Positions 34,901 to 39,040 of a DNA stretch of 39,040 bases are shown here, piece by piece; positions within the stretch are counted from its first letter, which is position 1, and each line of letters begins with the position of its first letter. The translations under genes were made by a program, and so were the position numbers. Origin of the DNA: a virus (Duplodnaviria; Caudoviricetes); the IMG/VR virus record IMGVR_UViG_3300037462_000308, positions 1-39,040 of that record; one strand, written 5' to 3'. The notes beneath the pieces are model-generated. The model worked only from the letters and a program-made list of their open reading frames with translations, was not told where the DNA came from and searched no databases.

Positions 34901-35007
34901 CCGAGTTCCTGATCCGCTGGGGCTTCGATGCGGTGCTGATCCTGGCCGCGCTGGTCGGCGCAGGCTTCGGGCTCGGCTGGTGGGCGAGGGGGCAGCGGAA
35001 CGGTTAA
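34897..35007 (+). CDS. Small membrane peptide (36 aa)
   Basis: GTGA-coupled: MTEFLIRWGFDAVLILAALVGAGFGLGWWARGQRNG. Confidence 0.55.
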   Translation: MTEFLIRWGFDAVLILAALVGAGFGLGWWARGQRNG

Positions 35008-35037
35008 GCTTGGCTGAATGGTTCGCGGGGGAGGCGG

Positions 35038-35065
35038 GCGCCGTCGGGGGAGACCCCGGCGGCGC
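35038..35065 (+). terminator. Hairpin at the convergence of late and left-arm transcription
   Basis: GCGCCGTCGGGG-GAGA-CCCCGGCGGCGC; no U-tract. Confidence 0.4.
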
Positions 35066-35269
35066 GGGCAGAGGCATCCAGTGCGTCATTCGTCCGCACA
35101 GTCCGTGCCACGTCCACCCGCCACCGTTGAAATCGGTCCATTCACCAATGACGGCCGCAGCCCACCCTTTCTCCACAGGGTCGCGCTCATACTGCGCAAA
35201 ATCGTGGACGCACCACAGCAAGATGCGCGTCCCATCCCTCGGCGCTGTCTCAATCGGCTGCCAGGTCAT
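35057..35269 (-). CDS. DUF551-like protein (conserved part; no nearby stop codon)
   Basis: MTWQPIETAPRDGTRILLW...THWMPLPAPP; frame stays open to 33032. Confidence 0.8.
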
Positions 35270-35568
35270 CCCCCGCCCTCCCGCGCTGCTGCTTCGATCT
35301 TCGTCCGCTGCTCCGCGCAATAATCCGCGAAGGCAAGCAGCGCGGACGCCAAGTTTCGCGCCGCGTCTTCGTCGCATGTCAGGAACACGAGTTCAGTGGG
35401 GGTTGTGGTGTCTGATGGCGCGGTCATCACGACGAATTCGCCTTCGTCAAAGCCGCAATGAAACCCGGCGGTGATATCGCCCTCTTTGTCGGCGATGCCC
35501 AGTTCCAAGCGCGCCAGCGAACCGGCGCGCAGCAGTAACAGCATGGCCTCGCGGATTGGGTCGCTCAT
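35266..35568 (-). CDS. Hypothetical protein (100 aa, MSDPIREA...)
   Basis: ATGA coupling on both sides, GGAG RBS. Confidence 0.65.
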   Translation of the reverse strand: MSDPIREAMLLLLRAGSLARLELGIADKEGDITAGFHCGFDEGEFVVMTAPSDTTTPTELVFLTCDEDAARNLASALLAFADYCAEQRTKIEAAAREGGG

Positions 35569-35762
35569 CGCACGTTCTCCTTCCACAACCGCAGCCGACG
35601 CCGCTTGCGCTTCTCCATCGCGAGGCGGAATTGTCGGCGCTGGCGCATGATCGGCGCGCCCTTGGTGACGGCATCCATAGACGCCACCACGTCCGAGAAA
35701 ATCCTCAGGCGCGCCCCGATGGGGATGCGGACGCCGGGGATGATGCGCCACTGGTCAATCAT
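35565..35762 (-). CDS. Hypothetical basic protein (65 aa, MIDQWRII...)
   Basis: Coupled to the downstream gene. Confidence 0.5.
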   Translation of the reverse strand: MIDQWRIIPGVRIPIGARLRIFSDVVASMDAVTKGAPIMRQRRQFRLAMEKRKRRRLRLWKENVR

Positions 35763-35809
35763 CCCCCGCCCCTTCCGCCGCTTCGACCCGCGCGGCGAGG
35801 GCGAGGAGG

Positions 35810-35968
35810 TCAGCCTTCCGCATCTTTCGCCTCCTGTATCAGCATGTCTTGTTCCGCCTGACAGCCGCATCGCTTGGCTTCGCGGCACGGCTTGCCGGTG
35901 ACTGCGCACGAGTTCTCGGCCTGGATCACGCGCAGCCATGCGAGGGCGAGCAGTTCAGCTCGGGTCAT
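35810..35968 (-). CDS. Small Cys-rich hypothetical protein (52 aa)
   Basis: MTRAELL...CAVTGKPC...CGC. Confidence 0.5.
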   Translation of the reverse strand: MTRAELLALAWLRVIQAENSCAVTGKPCREAKRCGCQAEQDMLIQEAKDAEG

Positions 35969-36137
35969 GGGCAACCCCCCGCACGAAACACCCAATGGCG
36001 AGCAGCGCGAGCAGGACATGGCTAGCGGTGTCGGGTAGCCATCCCGTCGTCACTGTCCCGAAAAGCGCGACGCCAAACAGCAAGAGGCCGCAGACCATCG
36101 CGCAAATGCTAGTGACCCAATGAAAAAAACCGCTCAT
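35955..36137 (-). CDS. Small two-TM membrane protein (60 aa)
   Basis: MSGFFHWVTSICAMVCGLLLFGVALFG...HVLLALLAIGCFV; GGAGG RBS. Confidence 0.65.
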   Translation of the reverse strand: MSGFFHWVTSICAMVCGLLLFGVALFGTVTTGWLPDTASHVLLALLAIGCFVRGVAHDPS

Positions 36138-36799
36138 GTCCCTTCCTCCATGCGCGCGCGGATGGCGGCGGCGTAGTTCTCGTGTTGTCGGGCTGCGCAT
36201 GAGTGAAATTCGCGCTCCTTGCTGCCGATTGCCTCACCGTCCGCGCTTTCCCACGCTGCATTGGCCTGTTCGTCGTGCCACTTCGCCGCCTCCTCTATCC
36301 CGGCGCGTCTTTCTGCGGCGAGCATCCGGGCGAGGGCGTCGGGGGCGGGGAGGGGCGTCACGCGCACATCATCGGCAGCCTGTGAAATCGCGTATGAGGT
36401 CGCAAGAAACTCTGCTCGGATGCGGTAGATAACATCGCCTTCCTCCGAACATCGCTTTGCTGCGGCGGCGTGCGCATCGACAATCTTCGCACACGCCTCT
36501 CGCATCTCTGCCGCCACTGCGGCCTCGCGGGCCTGGACCTCGGCGTGCCGGGCAACTCGGTTTTCATCGTCCAAGACGCCTGCGTCGCGCAGTAGGGCAT
36601 AGACGGTGCCAGCAACATCGCCGTCCCATGTCTCGGATCCATCGGCGGCCATGAACGACGCCATGCCGAGAGCCTCGGCCAGAACGCCGAGCACGAAGTC
36701 AACGGCCAAGTCAGCGGCGCGCTCAGTGGTGTCGGCTTCGTGCAGCGCCTCTAGTGTTGCTTGGCGACGTTCGGGCCAGCCGTTCGGATCGTCGGTCAT
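36134..36799 (-). CDS. Hypothetical protein (221 aa, MTDDPNGWP...)
   Basis: ATGA coupling; two EACAK/EEAAK...AAAIRA-type modules common in phage early genes. Confidence 0.7.
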   Translation of the reverse strand: MTDDPNGWPERRQATLEALHEADTTERAADLAVDFVLGVLAEALGMASFMAADGSETWDGDVAGTVYALLRDAGVLDDENRVARHAEVQAREAAVAAEMREACAKIVDAHAAAAKRCSEEGDVIYRIRAEFLATSYAISQAADDVRVTPLPAPDALARMLAAERRAGIEEAAKWHDEQANAAWESADGEAIGSKEREFHSCAARQHENYAAAIRARMEEGT

Positions 36800-37125
36800 T
36801 CTTCGATCTCCTCGATGCGCACGCGCGCGATGCGCCAGCCGTTGGCTTCGCAGTCGGCCCAAGTGAAACTTCCAAAGCGGTCCACCACGTCGCGCGACCA
36901 GTTCGCGTGTTCGCGCAGCGTCGGCATAGAGAATTGCCCCTCTGGCGTTACCGCGCACCACGCCTTCGCAGCCACCGCTCGCCTCGGCGCCTCCGCGTTC
37001 AGCCGCGCGGCCTCGGCCTCGGCGTCGCGGATCAGGGCGTGGCGTGACACTTGGTTGCCGGTCGTCAGATCAACGACCTCGCCGTAGGTGTCGTGGTTGA
37101 GGGCGATGTATCGGGGCTTACTCAT
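36796..37125 (-). CDS. Hypothetical protein (109 aa, MSKPRYIAL...)
   Basis: Overlaps with both neighbours. Confidence 0.65.
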   Translation of the reverse strand: MSKPRYIALNHDTYGEVVDLTTGNQVSRHALIRDAEAEAARLNAEAPRRAVAAKAWCAVTPEGQFSMPTLREHANWSRDVVDRFGSFTWADCEANGWRIARVRIEEIEE

Positions 37126-37369
37126 CGCGCGCGGCTTCCGCGAGCGGCGAGGCGGCGAGCATGGCGCGCCAATCGCGATCGGCCTGCGTATCGAGCGGCA
37201 TTTCTGGGTCAATCGGCACGGCTTTCGCCCACGCGGCCCGTATCTCCGGCGTCGGCTCCCTCATCGCCGCGTGCACCGCGCGGATCGCGGCGCGGGCTTG
37301 CGCGTCTGGCTGCGATGGGTATGCGGCGATTGCATCCGCTACAGCGCGGATCAAATCATCAGCGGTCAT
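37118..37369 (-). CDS. Hypothetical protein (83 aa)
   Basis: ARAAI...MREPTPEI...WRAML.A motif common in alphaproteobacterial phage early genes. Confidence 0.7.
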   Translation of the reverse strand: MTADDLIRAVADAIAAYPSQPDAQARAAIRAVHAAMREPTPEIRAAWAKAVPIDPEMPLDTQADRDWRAMLAASPLAEAARDE

Positions 37370-37859
37370 GACACGTTCCCGGCGAGGGCGGCGTGTCCTC
37401 GCTCCATGACGTAGGGGTCGTGCATTGGGCTTTCTGCGCCGCCTTCGTATTCCACGAAGTCACGCAGCGCCCCTCCAACTCCGCGACGCGCGCGGCGAGG
37501 CGGTCGCGGTCGCGGGAGGCTTGCCAATACGATTCCATCGCGGCGTTAAACGCCGTGTCGTTCGTGTCCGCGCGGATCGTCTCGTCTTCCAACCGCTTTC
37601 GAAGCGCATCGCACTCTGCGGCGAGGCGGTCGCGGTCGGCAAGCGCGTCCTCCTGCGCCAGTCCCGCTAGAACCACATCGTTCGTCATGTCTGTTCGTTG
37701 CAGCAAAAGCGCATCCCGCTCCGCGACCAGCGCGCGCAGGGTGGCTGCGGCGTTGCGATACAGCATCCCGTCGGCAAGCCGCTCGTCGTGCGATGCCGCG
37801 TCAGCCATAGCCGCCAGGCGCTCTACTCCCGCCGCGCTGGTGTCCACGCTCGCGGTCAT
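37359..37859 (-). CDS. Coiled-coil hypothetical protein (166 aa, MTASVDTS...)
   Basis: AAATLRALVAERD and two DRDRLAA repeats; coupled start. Confidence 0.65.
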   Translation of the reverse strand: MTASVDTSAAGVERLAAMADAASHDERLADGMLYRNAAATLRALVAERDALLLQRTDMTNDVVLAGLAQEDALADRDRLAAECDALRKRLEDETIRADTNDTAFNAAMESYWQASRDRDRLAARVAELEGRCVTSWNTKAAQKAQCTTPTSWSEDTPPSPGTCHDR

Positions 37860-38035
37860 GCCTCGCCATCCATCCAAACGGCCAGGCAGAACCCCGCCAT
37901 GAACGCGAGGAACGCCAAGCCCGTCGCGCCAAGCGCCGCCGCCCAGGTCCCGCTGATCCACCACGGCAGCAGCGCGACCAGCGTCAGGCCGGCGTAGGTC
38001 GCCGGATACGCCCAGTGTGTGCCTGAGCCGCTCAT
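37856..38035 (-). CDS. Small membrane protein (59 aa)
   Basis: Below ORF-track cutoff: MSGSGTHWAYPATYAGLTLVALLPWWISGTWAAALGATGLAFLAFMAGFCLAVWMDGEA; ATGA-coupled on both sides. Confidence 0.6.
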   Translation of the reverse strand: MSGSGTHWAYPATYAGLTLVALLPWWISGTWAAALGATGLAFLAFMAGFCLAVWMDGEA

Positions 38036-38913
38036 GCCTCGGTCTCCGCGTCGGCCGCCGAGCAGCGCACATGCTTGATGCAGCCCTCAGGCCAGTCGCA
38101 GCCCGCGCAGGGGAACGGCCCGACATGCCCTTCCGGCCGCCGGTCTGCCCGGGGCGGGCCCTTCGCCTCGAAGGCGCTGCCGGGCAGCGCCAGGTCGGGC
38201 GTGTTCCCCACCAGCCGCTCCCGGATCGCCTTGCTCGTCCCCTTGCCCGTTCCGCCGGCGGCGATGTCTGCGGCCTGCAGCGTCTCGCCGTTGACGGTCG
38301 CGAGCAGCTCCGCCGTGTCGAGGCGCGGCATGTCGCGATGCGCCTCGAGCAGCTGACCGATCCACTCCGCCGCCGGGCCGCTGCTGTTGCCGTTGAAGCC
38401 GGTCGGGCTGCAGACGATCATCCGCGCCGCGGCCTCGGCCGCGATCTCAATCGCCTCCATCAGCGAGAAGCCGATCGGCTCGCCCTCGGCGTCGACCAGG
38501 CGCGCGGCGAGATCGGTGAAGCTGACGCGCGCGTAGGGGCTGGTCGGGTCGCCGCGCACGTCGACGTTGCTGCCTGCCAGCGCCAGCACCAGCGTCGCCA
38601 GGATGTTGCAGGTGATGTGGTCGCGCCGGTCACGCAGCGCGCAGCGGATCGCGGTCGTCTTCGCCTGGGCCAGCATAATCCGGCCCTTCTCGGTCAGCGG
38701 CTCCCGCTTCTTCGCCGGCGGGGCTTCCTGCGCCTGCGCCAGGTCGTCGCCCTCGTCCTCGCCGTCGTCCTGCAGCACCGCCTTCGCCGGCAGTGGCGCC
38801 GGCGGCGTGTTGCTGCCCAGCGCGCCGCCAAGCCTCTCGGCCTCCGGCTCCGCCGCGGCGGGCTTCGTCGCCGGCGCGGCCTTCTCCTCGCCCTTCTTCT
38901 TCGCCGGCTCCGC
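38032..38913 (-). CDS. ParB-domain protein, C-terminal part
   Basis: In-frame continuation of 1..975; Lys/Ala/Pro linker, helical domain and terminal CAGC-x5-C-x5-C motif. Confidence 0.85.
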   Translation of the reverse strand, partial: AEPAKKKGEEKAAPATKPAAAEPEAERLGGALGSNTPPAPLPAKAVLQDDGEDEGDDLAQAQEAPPAKKREPLTEKGRIMLAQAKTTAIRCALRDRRDHITCNILATLVLALAGSNVDVRGDPTSPYARVSFTDLAARLVDAEGEPIGFSLMEAIEIAAEAAARMIVCSPTGFNGNSSGPAAEWIGQLLEAHRDMPRLDTAELLATVNGETLQAADIAAGGTGKGTSKAIRERLVGNTPDLALPGSAFEAKGPPRADRRPEGHVGPFPCAGCDWPEGCIKHVRCSAADAETEA

Positions 38914-39040
38914 CGGCGGCACGGCGTAGACCTCGACGATGCAGCCGACGCTGTAGCCCTCGGGCTGCACCGCGGCGAAGCGCACGGCGCCGACGTGCTT
39001 CTTGTCAAAGACGCGCGTCCAGCCGGACGGCAGGCGTGGG
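38914..39040. repeat. Terminal direct repeat, right copy (circular assembly overlap)
   Basis: Exact copy of 1-127. Confidence 0.95.

Larger units (their letters stand above)
1..38913. mobile_element. Complete circular lambda-like siphophage genome, probable alphaproteobacterial host
   Basis: Terminase, portal, capsid, tail, lysis, immunity and replication modules in lambdoid order; circular ends; GcrA homologue. Confidence 0.92.

Noticed and set aside
33032-35377. 781-aa minus-strand ORF as a real large protein
   Set aside because: Only the DUF551-like portion looks protein-like; the rest is the antisense of well-supported lysis genes
37490-37640. Direct repeat GCGGCGAGGCGGTCGCGGTCG (two copies)
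   Set aside because: Explained by a duplicated DRDRLAA coiled-coil segment in the coding sequence

Overview
The window is most likely a complete, circularly assembled genome of a high-GC, lambda-like siphophage. Bases 1-127 equal 38914-39040, giving a unit length of 38,913 bp. A GcrA homologue points to an alphaproteobacterial host; a narrower host cannot be established from the sequence. Gene order: a leftward early arm of small genes plus a large ParB-domain gene split by the contig junction; a cI/Cro-type switch with four 15-bp palindromic operators and twin promoters; three reverse-strand moron genes; CII-like and GcrA regulators; a P-loop helicase followed by an inverted-iteron cluster (probable origin); a putative late regulator with a promoter and terminator-like hairpin; a lambda-like cosQ/cosN site; Nu1/GpA terminase, gpW, portal, fused protease-capsid and DUF2190-like cement; a glycosyltransferase plus SAM methyltransferase pair inside the head module; tail genes with a -1 frameshifted chaperone; a three-gene accessory fibre cassette with a hierarchical 23/26-aa repeat; and a lysis cassette. 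Most notable: (1) a candidate virion glycosylation/methylation system, possibly acting on the Ser/Thr-rich repeat fibre; (2) a complete lysogeny switch with no recognisable integrase, and a stop-less DUF551-like gene where an integrase often sits; (3) two different GcrA-type proteins. All family names come from motif recognition by eye, not database searches.
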